From a virus (lineage: Duplodnaviria > Caudoviricetes), in IMG/VR virus record IMGVR_UViG_2799112742_000018, positions 1 through 64,000 of that record: DNA of 64,000 nucleotides; one strand, written 5' to 3'. The notes under the pieces are model-generated. The model made no database searches. It had not been told where the DNA came from and saw only the letters and a list, made by a program, of their open reading frames with translations. Positions 1 to 9,102 of this stretch are shown here, in pieces. A program made the translations under genes and the position numbers. Position 1 is the first letter of the stretch. Every line of letters starts with the position of its first letter.

Positions 1-9
1 ATGAAAAAA

Positions 10-41
10 TTTGGTGGTTTCAGAAAAATGTTGTACCTTTG
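10..41 (+). promoter_or_regulatory. Bacteroidetes sigma-70 type promoter for tRNA-Ser
   Basis: TTTG at 10-13 (-33) and TACCTTTG at 34-41 (-7 consensus TAnnTTTG) upstream of the tRNA. Confidence 0.75.
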
Positions 42-90
42 CATCGCATTTGACAAAAGAGGTTCGGCTAAGAACTTTTCAAAGGCTTTT

Positions 91-177
91 GGAAGGTTGG
101 GTGAGTGGCTGAAACCACCAGTTTGCTAAACTGACGTACGGGTTACCGTACCGGGGGTTCGAATCCCCCACCTTCCG
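91..177 (+). tRNA. tRNA-Ser(GCT), probable prophage integration site (attL)
   Basis: Acceptor GGAAGGT/ACCTTCC, anticodon arm CAGTTT-GCT-AAACTG, long variable arm GTACGG..CCGTAC, T arm GGGGG-TTCGAAT-CCCCC, discriminator G. Confidence 0.95.
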
Positions 178-178
178 C

Positions 179-223
179 AAGACGATAAAATAGGTGAAAC
201 ATCTTCATTTGTTTTATCGTCTT
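179..223 (+). terminator. Hairpin immediately after the tRNA
   Basis: AAGACGATAAAA ... TTTTATCGTCTT inverted repeat. Confidence 0.55.
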
Positions 224-381
224 AACTATCTGAAAAACAGTGAATTTTAACTTGTTTAGCTGTCCACGAATTTAGGTGAAGTATCGTGGTTTATTAATTT
301 CTACAAGTAACCTTCATGTGCAAGCATGTGTAAATCGTTAAGCTCGTAAAGTATTAATCGAGTTTTAACTTTGCTAAACAA

Positions 382-1647
382 ATGTTTAAGGTTTTTACAA
401 ATTTTCAAATGTACGGAAGTTCTGGCTTCCAGTTACGTTTTCGTATGTATCGTGCAGGAGAGGTACGTTACATCTCAGTTAATAATCTTCTTCAGGGAAA
501 TCTCATTAAGAAACACTGGAACCAGAAGAAGCAGTATTTCATCCCATCAGCACCATTCAGTACCGAGAACAATGATGCACTCGTTAAATTCAAGAAGAAA
601 TACGATGATGCTCTTAGGGACTGGGAAGGATCTCTATTCAGCTTCAACATATCAGCCAGAAGGGACGGAATTGATAATGTCCAGGCTGATGGTGAGAGAC
701 TATGGTGGGTGCTTGATTGGTGTATTGAGAATGCTAAGAAAAAGAAACATTCCGATGGTACTATGTGTGGAACATTTGAGGTCTATGAGAAAGTAACAAG
801 AAGGCTTCAGGAATATTGTGTATCAAGACACCTGAGATATGAGGCTATAAAAATGGATGATGTTGATACACACATGGTAAATGACTTTCTTTCATGGGTA
901 GAGAAGAATGGTAAGGGACAATATGTTTCCTGTATGTTCAGATCTGTCCTGAATAAGGCAGATAAGCAGGGATGGTTTGATTTTAACAAGGTTGAGAGGT
1001 GCAACTGGATAAAACGTGTCAGGAACTCAAAGAAGAAGTATGAGACACTTACTGCCGAGCAATGCAATAAGTTTATCCACATGACTGTTTCAGAGCTTCC
1101 TAAAGGCCAGAAAAGGCTATTGTATCATGATTTCTGTGTATTTATCCTATATACTTGTCAGTCACCATGTGATGCAATAAGCCTGAAGATGTCGGATATT
1201 AAGCAGATCAATGGGGTGGATCATCTTATATTCAAGCGCCGTAAGATTGAGAGCAAGCAGTCGGTTGATTGTACTGTTCCCATCAACCCAGTAATGAGAA
1301 GAATAATAGATCACTGGTCTAAATATGCTGAGGATGGTTATATATTCCCTATCAGGAGCAAAAAGAAGATTGCTACCCAGAGAGTGAATAACTTTGACAT
1401 AAAGAGCTTTGTAAAGAAATGTAATGTGTGGCTGAAGAAGGTTGGTGTATTGTTGGGGTGTGATTTCCCCTTACATAACTATACTTTCAGACATACGGCC
1501 ATTACCCATTACATAAGCAAGGGTGTTCCAGTAATCTATGTTGCCAATCTTGCTGGAACGTCAGTTGAGAATTGTGAGAGTATCTACTATAACAATCATG
1601 GAGATACTACAAGTAGGGATAAGGTTTTGGCTGCGGTTGAATTTTAG
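382..1647 (+). CDS. int: Tyrosine integrase (Bacteroidetes arm-binding + SAM-like + catalytic domains)
   Basis: N-terminal arm-binding-like region, KRRK, HNYTFRHTAITH (HxxRH), LAGTS..IYY C-terminus; directly after tRNA. Confidence 0.9.
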   Translation: MFKVFTNFQMYGSSGFQLRFRMYRAGEVRYISVNNLLQGNLIKKHWNQKKQYFIPSAPFSTENNDALVKFKKKYDDALRDWEGSLFSFNISARRDGIDNVQADGERLWWVLDWCIENAKKKKHSDGTMCGTFEVYEKVTRRLQEYCVSRHLRYEAIKMDDVDTHMVNDFLSWVEKNGKGQYVSCMFRSVLNKADKQGWFDFNKVERCNWIKRVRNSKKKYETLTAEQCNKFIHMTVSELPKGQKRLLYHDFCVFILYTCQSPCDAISLKMSDIKQINGVDHLIFKRRKIESKQSVDCTVPINPVMRRIIDHWSKYAEDGYIFPIRSKKKIATQRVNNFDIKSFVKKCNVWLKKVGVLLGCDFPLHNYTFRHTAITHYISKGVPVIYVANLAGTSVENCESIYYNNHGDTTSRDKVLAAVEF

Positions 1648-1651
1648 GCAT

Positions 1652-1682
1652 GAAAAAGCCCCTGTCTTCACAGATGGGGGCT
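1652..1682 (-). terminator. Terminator between convergent int and the leftward arm (GUGA loop on minus strand)
   Basis: AGCCCC-TGTCT-TCAC-AGATG-GGGGCT flanked by A tracts. Confidence 0.75.
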
Positions 1683-1746
1683 AAAATGAATATCAACGAA
1701 AAAATAGTCGTGATTGTGTTTGTGAAAAATAACTAAGAAACATTTA

Positions 1747-2181
1747 TTACCTTATAACTATAAAAACCTCTTCTTTCTTAGACCATGCTTTTTGCATTTC
1801 GGCAATCAGCAAGTTTGTCCAATAACGAGAATTATTGATACATCCTACCGTATCGTTCTTACCGATGAGGATACATCCCAAAGAGTCCCTTGCCGTATTA
1901 CCTGAATGTATCCTGACACCAGTAAAGCCTTTGGTGTTGTTGATGTATGGGAGATACTTTTTGAAATGGTTGGAATATGTATAAGTTACCAGATACCTTC
2001 CAGTAGGAATAGCGGTCTGGCCGTACACCTTCAGCTTGGCAATCTCAGCTATTGACATGTTCTGATTAAGGCCTCTGTCCTTGTCCTCAAGAGCGTTGCA
2101 TCCAAAGTCCTTACCATTGACGTACACCTTACTGATAGTGTACTTGTCTTTCTTCCACTTTCTATCAATTAGTATTTCCAT
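1747..2181 (-). CDS. DUF5675-family protein (putative cell-wall/lysis enzyme)
   Basis: TAIPTGRY, GVRIHSGNT..DSLGCILIG motifs; start reassigned to MEILIDRKWKK at 2181. Confidence 0.75.
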   Translation of the reverse strand: MEILIDRKWKKDKYTISKVYVNGKDFGCNALEDKDRGLNQNMSIAEIAKLKVYGQTAIPTGRYLVTYTYSNHFKKYLPYINNTKGFTGVRIHSGNTARDSLGCILIGKNDTVGCINNSRYWTNLLIAEMQKAWSKKEEVFIVIR

Positions 2182-2447
2182 TATATGTTTGTTGTTATTA
2201 GTCGTTTTAATACATCGGCGCTTCTCAGCCTGTTTATCGTCTCTTTTGTCTGGAGGCTTCTGAGAGGAACAAACCATTCCTCGCCCTTATTGACTCCTTT
2301 GGTAATAATAACAAAAGCGCCAGGGGTTTTGATATTCTTAAACCTTGCCTCAGTTATGACTGCGGTCTGTCCCACGAGAAACACAAGGTTAAGTTCCTGG
2401 AGTTTCTTACAATAGGCTATCTTGACTGTCGATCCGTTACTAATCAT
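2181..2447 (-). CDS. Small SH3/KOW-like hypothetical protein
   Basis: Coupled to neighbours; likely start MISNGSTVKI at 2447. Confidence 0.55.
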   Translation of the reverse strand: MISNGSTVKIAYCKKLQELNLVFLVGQTAVITEARFKNIKTPGAFVIITKGVNKGEEWFVPLRSLQTKETINRLRSADVLKRLITTNI

Positions 2448-2931
2448 TAAATTCCTCTTCCTCCTTATTGGTTTGTGTAGGAACATTGATATTGAATACA
2501 ATGCCGTTGCCATCCCCACCTTCCAGAGTAACCTTGTGTGCGATGTCCTCCTTGATACCATACATATCATTAAGAGTCTTTACAGCATTGACAGCCACAG
2601 CCCTCAATGGTGCAGGAGAAACCTCATGTCCGAATCTGTCAATAGTTATGCAATCAGCACACTCATCAGTAATCTTCAGAAGTGTTGCTGTCAGTTTATG
2701 CTTCAATGACACTGTATCAAAAGTGTTCTTTGCAATAAGCTCGTCAAGTCTTGCCTTGATGTGTTCTTGAGACATCAATTCCAATGCCCTTGCCTGAGCT
2801 TCAGCATCGTCTATATTGGAACCATAGACAGCCTTATAGCATCGTCTTGGATCTCCAGACATAGGAGCTGGAGCGTTTACATATAAGAGGCAAAACTTAG
2901 CCTCTTCTGGGGTTATAACATTATCTGCCAT
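2440..2931 (-). CDS. terS: Terminase small subunit
   Basis: EEAKFCLLYV..CYKAVYG..A.ELM...HIKARLDEL HTH pattern, LNDMYGI; adjacent to TerL. Confidence 0.75.
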   Translation of the reverse strand: MADNVITPEEAKFCLLYVNAPAPMSGDPRRCYKAVYGSNIDDAEAQARALELMSQEHIKARLDELIAKNTFDTVSLKHKLTATLLKITDECADCITIDRFGHEVSPAPLRAVAVNAVKTLNDMYGIKEDIAHKVTLEGGDGNGIVFNINVPTQTNKEEEEFND

Positions 2932-2973
2932 TGTCTTATCTTTTCTATATAATAGACAATGGCAGATAGGAGA

Positions 2974-5610
2974 TTAGTAACTGAAGCTGTCATACATATC
3001 CCCAGTATCTGAGGTGGTTACAATTTCAGCTTCGCCGTTGATGAACTTATTATATTCTTCATTGAGATAGTAGCATAGGGCATAGTCAAGACAGTCTGAA
3101 AGGTGTCCGTATTGTTCTGCCCTGACACCATTATCCATCAGCACTTTCTTTTTCTCCTTTGTGCCATCGGGATTTCTTTTTTGATATACAAGGTCAGCAG
3201 TCAGCTTACGGCAGTTAAGGTCAATCATTATTTTCCACCCATTATATCCGTTCAGTAGTTCATTAATAAAGTCGAGTCTTAGACCTTGCGATGGCTGGGT
3301 ATTGAATATCTGTAATGATGTCCTAAAGACAGGTTTCAATGTCTTTTCAATGATAGTAAAATTGTTAGTTCCCGCTTCGGTCTGTGTTGATCTTGCAGCG
3401 CCAGAAGGATCTCCTGTAATCAACACCCTGTCCATTTGATTCTTTCCTTTCAGATATTTTAGGATATATCTTGAGAATGCTGGAGTGTTGTTAAGACCGT
3501 CTTCTGGCTTACCTACAATTTCTTTGAAAATATATACTTCTTTTTTGTCGTAGTCTATTTGAATAGGCAATGCTGACATTTGAGGATTAATATTAAAGTC
3601 GATTGACAAGATAAGCGTTTTCATTGGATTGAAGTATTTATCAGTTAAACCGCATATAAGATGTTTTTCACCATCAAAAGCATGATATGCAGCCATTTTA
3701 TTAGAGTCGGTAAACTCCCAGTTTCCATAAAGAAGCCTATCTCTGGTGGCCTTGTCTCTAATTTTTCTTAGTCTATTAAAATAGATTATTCTGAATTGTT
3801 CGTTAGGATTGTCAAACAGACTGAAAGGCAAATACCTTAATCCTTTTGGCAATTTTACAGGATTTCCATCATCATCCATAACAAAGGTGCTACGAACCCA
3901 ATTCAAACATGGATTTGTGGACATGAGCATTTTTCCCACAATAAAGGATTCTGCTATTTTGTAACGAATACGAGATTGCAAAACTTCTATTGCTTTTTCT
4001 GATATTTCCGATACCTCATCGCAGAATGCTCCGCTAATCTCCAAACTTCCTAACCTATTGAAATCCAAGTCGTTAGGAGAGGGGGAGAGTTCTAATCCAA
4101 TAATTGTACTTCCATTCCAGAAAGTAAGAACAATGCGTTGATTGTTTATATGATAATTGACATCTTGTACCAATCCCCACTCATTAAGAATATTCAACAT
4201 GGTTGACCAAGTTGTAGCAATGAGGTTCTTTAACTCTTTTCTGGCAAGAACCATGCGGATTCCAGGATATTTTAGGCAGCTTGAGACAACCCAGGCACAA
4301 CCCAAATAAGAATTATGAGTAACTGTAAAATTATCAGCAACATACAATCCTGAAGGATCATCAACGGTGATACACCTTCCTATTTTTTTACCAATAGGTT
4401 CACAACTTATTATTCTTTTGCCAAGAATAGAAGCACCACCATTAAATTCATTTCTTGCATACTGTCTTTTGCGTTCCAGCCATACAATATCACGATTACA
4501 TTTAGTCATGATCCAGACATTATAAGCCAATTTGCCAGCTTTTTTATTTCCATTTCTATCCTTAAAATAAGGTTGTTTAGTTGTAATAGTTGCCTTCCCC
4601 CCTAAACTACGGACAACAAAGGCTACATCTTCTGCAAGTTGTTTGCTGACGGTGCAATAACTTATATGTCCACGATTATCAACGTAGCCATCAGTATCAA
4701 TAAGTCCCTGCAATAGCATCTTTCTATCTTCAATAGAAAAATACTTATATTGCTCTGGAATGAATTTTGTTTCTGCCTTATGGTTGCCTATCCCAGTTTG
4801 AGCTATTCTATTAATAAAGTCTTTATTGTAATACATGTATGATGAAGCTTGATTGCCCCCTTTGACACTTATACTTGAATAAGGACAATCAAGTTCTGCA
4901 ATTCGGTCAATAACTTCTTTATCTTTTGAAGTTATGGATGTTTTTTCCTGACTAAATAGTGACTCTGCTAAGCATCCATTACCAATTAATACCCCTAAAG
5001 TGTAAGGATGAATTGGTTTTGGGGCTTTTTGAAATTCTTTAGAAAATTCAACAGGCTCTGTCAATGGGATTATAAGATTTGATGGCTTAGGGTTGTTATG
5101 TAAATATTCGTATATTTGTTTTGCAGTCCAAATATTTTCCTTTGCACCACTTCTTGCTTTATGTAATCGCCATAAATGCTCTTCAGAACACTCAGAATAT
5201 GTTCTGTCAATAAATTCAATTCTATAATATTCACATTCTGTAATTGGATGTAAATAAATAATCTTTTGTTCTTTTCCTGTGTTTGGATTAGTAATGGTAT
5301 CACCTACTTTCAAATCTCTAACTGCGCAAAACCCATTGGGAGTACATACATGAGAATCTAATGACATCTGCTTTCCCCCGCCCGCAGAACCACCTGCTAA
5401 TATTAGTTCTGGTATGTCGGTATTACCACATTTCGCGCAAATAGGTTCGTGTATAGGGTGTCCTTCTTTGTCATAACCTGTAACTCTTAATTCAAGCGGG
5501 CCTCCACATTTATCACAAACACCCCCTTGTAATGCTTTCCAAACCTTGTACTGTTTTGGCGAAGGACTGAAGTTTATAACCAGTCCTCTTGGTTGTTCTA
5601 ATTTTTTCAT
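2974..5610 (-). CDS. terL: Terminase large subunit with N-terminal zinc ribbon and a LAGLIDADG intein
   Basis: Walker A GGSAGGGK|S split by intein, Walker B AFCDEVSE, MSTNP, nuclease IDFN, GDPSG, HLSDCLDY. Confidence 0.92.
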   Translation of the reverse strand: MKKLEQPRGLVINFSPSPKQYKVWKALQGGVCDKCGGPLELRVTGYDKEGHPIHEPICAKCGNTDIPELILAGGSAGGGKQMSLDSHVCTPNGFCAVRDLKVGDTITNPNTGKEQKIIYLHPITECEYYRIEFIDRTYSECSEEHLWRLHKARSGAKENIWTAKQIYEYLHNNPKPSNLIIPLTEPVEFSKEFQKAPKPIHPYTLGVLIGNGCLAESLFSQEKTSITSKDKEVIDRIAELDCPYSSISVKGGNQASSYMYYNKDFINRIAQTGIGNHKAETKFIPEQYKYFSIEDRKMLLQGLIDTDGYVDNRGHISYCTVSKQLAEDVAFVVRSLGGKATITTKQPYFKDRNGNKKAGKLAYNVWIMTKCNRDIVWLERKRQYARNEFNGGASILGKRIISCEPIGKKIGRCITVDDPSGLYVADNFTVTHNSYLGCAWVVSSCLKYPGIRMVLARKELKNLIATTWSTMLNILNEWGLVQDVNYHINNQRIVLTFWNGSTIIGLELSPSPNDLDFNRLGSLEISGAFCDEVSEISEKAIEVLQSRIRYKIAESFIVGKMLMSTNPCLNWVRSTFVMDDDGNPVKLPKGLRYLPFSLFDNPNEQFRIIYFNRLRKIRDKATRDRLLYGNWEFTDSNKMAAYHAFDGEKHLICGLTDKYFNPMKTLILSIDFNINPQMSALPIQIDYDKKEVYIFKEIVGKPEDGLNNTPAFSRYILKYLKGKNQMDRVLITGDPSGAARSTQTEAGTNNFTIIEKTLKPVFRTSLQIFNTQPSQGLRLDFINELLNGYNGWKIMIDLNCRKLTADLVYQKRNPDGTKEKKKVLMDNGVRAEQYGHLSDCLDYALCYYLNEEYNKFINGEAEIVTTSDTGDMYDSFSY
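4312..5370 (-). mobile_element. Class 3 intein (353 aa) with LAGLIDADG homing endonuclease
   Basis: Starts QMSLDSHVCTP after GGGK, ends VTHN|S; HLW (block B), CITV (block F), THN (block G); LGVLIGNG and LQGLIDTDG motifs. Confidence 0.88.
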
Positions 5611-5749
5611 AATTATTAATGATTTATGTTTTTCTTAGTAATAGTTTTCTCCCACCAGATTATCTGTACTTTATTATTATGTATTTTGTAAATATTTGAT
5701 AATTACATATTTACAAAATAATTATTTTTACTACTTTCTGCCTCTTAAA

Positions 5750-6155
5750 ACAAAAACCACCCTACTTTCGCAAGCAAGGTGGTGTCAAACTCTCAAAACA
5801 TGAATAAAAACAGAATCCGTTTTATAACGAAACGGTGAATTTATATATAATAGTGTCGTAACTCTTACATTCAGTGGGAATTTAAGTTAAAAAATAAAAA
5901 CCGACCTATCTTCACAGACCAGTCGGAAAGAGTCGTGATATATGTATAACTATAAACAGAATTTTCAAACAAAAACCTGTCCGACCTTCACAGGCAAGAC
6001 AGGGTGAAAGCGTGAATATAAATATATATAGACTACTTTTTGGAAAATAGTACGTGTTTTCTTAAAAACTGACCGATTCTCACGAACCAGTCAGGATAAA
6101 GTTTTATGTATTATCAAAATCGAGATTATCTTAATCAGCCCTCGCGGGTAGCTAA
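5750..6155 (-). ncRNA. Tandem cluster of 4-5 putative small RNAs, each ending in a GNRA-loop terminator
   Basis: Hairpins at 5756-5783, 5901-5926, 5976-6003, 6069-6094 (weaker 6131-6155), each with GUGA/GCGA loop and U tract on minus; CTATTAT promoter motif at 5847-5853. Confidence 0.55.
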
Positions 6156-6358
6156 GACGAAACGGAAAAGATTAATTCACTTTTGCCTTTACCTAAATCA
6201 ATGTTATATATTAAACCCTAAATCAAATTACCATTGTTTCATTAAACTTGGCAGACATCTCAAATTGAGTCATCCGCTTCCTTCTCAGCCTTCTTTCCTT
6301 AGCCTTTCTTATCTCCTGGATCTTACTGGCTAACTGATAGGCTATTCTGAAGTTGTCC

Positions 6359-6649
6359 TTATTTTTTATAATGCCCATTGTTCACTGCATTTATAAATGA
6401 ATCGTATGGACGGAACTTAGGGTATCTGCATTCCTGCTTAGAGTAGTTCTCTTCAGTCCTGAAGTTCCTTACTGACTTTGGTTTTCTTGTTACTGGGAAG
6501 AATTTTCCAAATCCTCTCAGATATACTGTATCACCTTCAATCACAGCCTGGGAAATCGTCTTCATGATGCTTTCAACAGCCGCAGAGACTGCAATCTTGG
6601 GCAATCCTGTTTCACCCATTATTCTCTCAATAATCTGATGTTTTGTCAT
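6359..6649 (-). CDS. hup: HU/IHF-family DNA-binding protein
   Basis: MTKHQIIERI..., VYLRGFGKF, RNFRT, PKFRP. Confidence 0.9.
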   Translation of the reverse strand: MTKHQIIERIMGETGLPKIAVSAAVESIMKTISQAVIEGDTVYLRGFGKFFPVTRKPKSVRNFRTEENYSKQECRYPKFRPYDSFINAVNNGHYKK

Positions 6650-6906
6650 TATCGTAAGCTATATTGGTTGTCTTTTAGGAAATTTACCACCTCTTCAGGC
6701 AGCTTATCAGACTTGTAATATTTCAGTGACTGCGTTACCGAGTCAAGCTTTCTTACTCTTGCACAGAAGATCTTGCGCTTACCCATAGTGGCCACACATG
6801 GAACCTTCTCTATGCTTTTAGGGTTTATTGTCCCAATCATATAGTATTGGGACTTTTCACATACGTAACCCTGTTTTACGATAGGTAGATTAACTTTTTC
6901 TTGCAT
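6649..6906 (-). CDS. Hypothetical protein
   Basis: ORF coupled to HU, preceded by CTATTAT motif at 6931-6937. Confidence 0.65.
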   Translation of the reverse strand: MQEKVNLPIVKQGYVCEKSQYYMIGTINPKSIEKVPCVATMGKRKIFCARVRKLDSVTQSLKYYKSDKLPEEVVNFLKDNQYSLR

Positions 6907-6974
6907 TGTTTTTAACTTATTACTTTTATGATAATAGTAACATTAACCCCTATTGTTAGTGGGATTTAGCGTTA

Positions 6975-7068
6975 AAAAAAATTAAGGGGATGTTTCACAA
7001 CACCCCCCTCAACCAAAACAATGAAAAAAATATGCGACTTATTAGACTAAATTACAAATTTATCTTTA
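6975..7068 (-). ncRNA. Putative ~90 nt small RNA
   Basis: CTATTAT motif at 7072-7078 upstream; GGGG-GTGTT-GTGA-AACA-TCCCC hairpin and U tract; no ORF. Confidence 0.5.
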
Positions 7069-7128
7069 TGAATAATAGATATTGCCAATGATTAGTTGGC
7101 TGATTTTTAGTTAAAAATGCTTAACACA

Positions 7129-7332
7129 TTAATAATTCCAATCTTCAATATCCCTTATATGGTTCTTTTCCTTCAGGTGATTTATTATGACTTCCAATAT
7201 AACGGCCATTGAACCCGAAGCAATAGCGATCATCCAGCTCTTTGCAAAAAGACTGAATACAAGCGTTATCAGACATACAAAGGAACATACTATCAGAGAC
7301 ATGATAGTCAGTTTTATCTTTACTCTTTTCAT
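7129..7332 (-). CDS. Small two-TM membrane protein
   Basis: Two hydrophobic segments. Confidence 0.6.
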   Translation of the reverse strand: MKRVKIKLTIMSLIVCSFVCLITLVFSLFAKSWMIAIASGSMAVILEVIINHLKEKNHIRDIEDWNY

Positions 7333-7493
7333 ATTAGCACTTTGGTCTTATTTGTGAATATTCATCGCAGACATCATACTTAAAGACAGGTTTTGCCCAC
7401 CCCTTTGAGTCCTGGCACACACCCCACCCATCAGTTCTGAGACCACGCATCCTACAACATGTATTGCAACATGTGTTTCTGTCTTCCGCTTCT

Positions 7494-8108
7494 CTATAAT
7501 TTCTTCTCTCCATTTTCGCAGTCCTCATTGGTTAAGAAGCCCTTTCTATATTCCTTCAGGCTCTCGGCAAATCTTTTTGTCAGTACATACTTACAGCTCT
7601 TGTCTGGTGCTTCAGGACAGAAACCATATCTGATACACTGAGGAACCATGAAACGTGCTACGATAGGATCTACTTTCTTCATCTCAACATATACCGCATT
7701 CCAGACCATTCTTGTGGCAGTAGCAGCCATACCACATAGTCTGAGATATGATATAGACTGAAGGGAGTCTGCATTTACAGCCATCCATAGGTTTACTGGC
7801 TGGTCTTGTGGAAGCTTTGTTCTGTCACTTATTTCCTTGTTTCTGTCATCTCTGAGAGTACACTGGAATTTCTCTACCCCTACATGATGTCTTACGAAAT
7901 GAACTGCCACATAGTAAGGTATTCCCTTGATGAGTATGTCGTATTCCACCATGCGCTTAGGAGAATGACAGCTCATCATCATCTCAGTCTTGAACTTATC
8001 TGAAGGCTCCTTCCATCCATCAGGAAGAAGCTCGTCTTTTCCTACTGTCCATCGGGCGGCATTTAATGCTCTGTCCCAGTTTGTTACTTGTTTGATTGTT
8101 ACGTTCAT
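7494..8108 (-). CDS. thyX: ThyX-like flavin-dependent thymidylate synthase family protein (divergent)
   Basis: AARWTVGK, HSP, HFVRHH..(RHR-like), LRLC..A...TR, VPQCIRYGFCPE. Confidence 0.7.
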   Translation of the reverse strand: MNVTIKQVTNWDRALNAARWTVGKDELLPDGWKEPSDKFKTEMMMSCHSPKRMVEYDILIKGIPYYVAVHFVRHHVGVEKFQCTLRDDRNKEISDRTKLPQDQPVNLWMAVNADSLQSISYLRLCGMAATATRMVWNAVYVEMKKVDPIVARFMVPQCIRYGFCPEAPDKSCKYVLTKRFAESLKEYRKGFLTNEDCENGEKKL

Positions 8109-8131
8109 AATTGATTGCTTGATTTGATTGG

Positions 8132-8515
8132 TTAATTGATTATTTTTACTTTTACGTTCTTTTTCATTATTCTCTTGGAATCTTTAGGATGTATGAGAAT
8201 GTCGATCCTGTGGTTATGCCTTTTGTGCATGACATCCCTGACTTCAAATTCTCCATATCCTTCAATCCAGACTTTCTTAGGCTTATTCTTTGGGAACAGC
8301 CAGAGAAGATCCCTACTTATCGCACACCATTTCACCTTTCCGCTTTTGAGGTGTTTCAGGTTTATCCTGCTTCCGTCAGAGGTTACTAATGGTTCACTAT
8401 TGCATTGTTCCTTGACTGGCTGGTAACAGGTAAGTGTGACATGAGTTGTCTGTGCAGATAGAGTGCATAGATAACCCGATAGTAGAAATAAAGTTATCAG
8501 TATTCTCATAAGCAT
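8132..8515 (-). CDS. Signal-peptide 3D-domain (peptidoglycan lytic-like) protein
   Basis: Signal peptide, TCYQPV, CAISRD, VRDVM..R...RIDIL. Confidence 0.65.
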   Translation of the reverse strand: MLMRILITLFLLSGYLCTLSAQTTHVTLTCYQPVKEQCNSEPLVTSDGSRINLKHLKSGKVKWCAISRDLLWLFPKNKPKKVWIEGYGEFEVRDVMHKRHNHRIDILIHPKDSKRIMKKNVKVKIIN

Positions 8516-8516
8516 T

Positions 8517-9098
8517 TTACGTTGAGTTAAGCTTGCGCCTCATGTTCCTATGCCTTGTGATCCAGGCCTTCTTCATTTGCGCAGAGTGTTGTTCTGGTGA
8601 TAGTTTATCGTTACCCACACCCTTCTTGAAACGATACTTCTTAGTACGTTCAATCAGGGCGGTATAGTCTCGATTAGGGTTGCGGTACGTGAGCTTTCGG
8701 TTGACCTCCCAATTAGCGGCTACCCATTCAGGATCTTTTTCAAGTCCCAGTTTCCTTGCTCTTCTGATAATAGTTCTTTCTGAGCATAGAAACTCAATGG
8801 CAAGCTCTTCATTGGTGGTAGTAGGGAAGAGTCTCTTGAATTTCTTGATGGCTTCCTCACCCCAGTAGATTCTGAGAACACGCCCTTCGCGTTCCATAGT
8901 CCTGCCGTTAATGGAATACAGGCCATCAGGTTTCTTTCTGTGCCTTTCTCGGCCTTCCTTACGCCTACATTCCTTGCATCGGCAATCATAGCCATCTGGA
9001 AAGTTCTTGTGGTTACTCATACGATAGAACTCACTCTTGAACTTTATTTGACCGCATCCAGTACATGTTTTGCGGTTTTTGGTACGAATGATTTCCAT
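8517..9098 (-). CDS. Zinc-finger + HTH DNA-binding protein
   Basis: CTGC...CRCKEC then NEELAIEFLCSERTIIRRARKLGL. Confidence 0.65.
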   Translation of the reverse strand: MEIIRTKNRKTCTGCGQIKFKSEFYRMSNHKNFPDGYDCRCKECRRKEGRERHRKKPDGLYSINGRTMEREGRVLRIYWGEEAIKKFKRLFPTTTNEELAIEFLCSERTIIRRARKLGLEKDPEWVAANWEVNRKLTYRNPNRDYTALIERTKKYRFKKGVGNDKLSPEQHSAQMKKAWITRHRNMRRKLNST

Positions 9099-9102
9099 AT
9101 TG

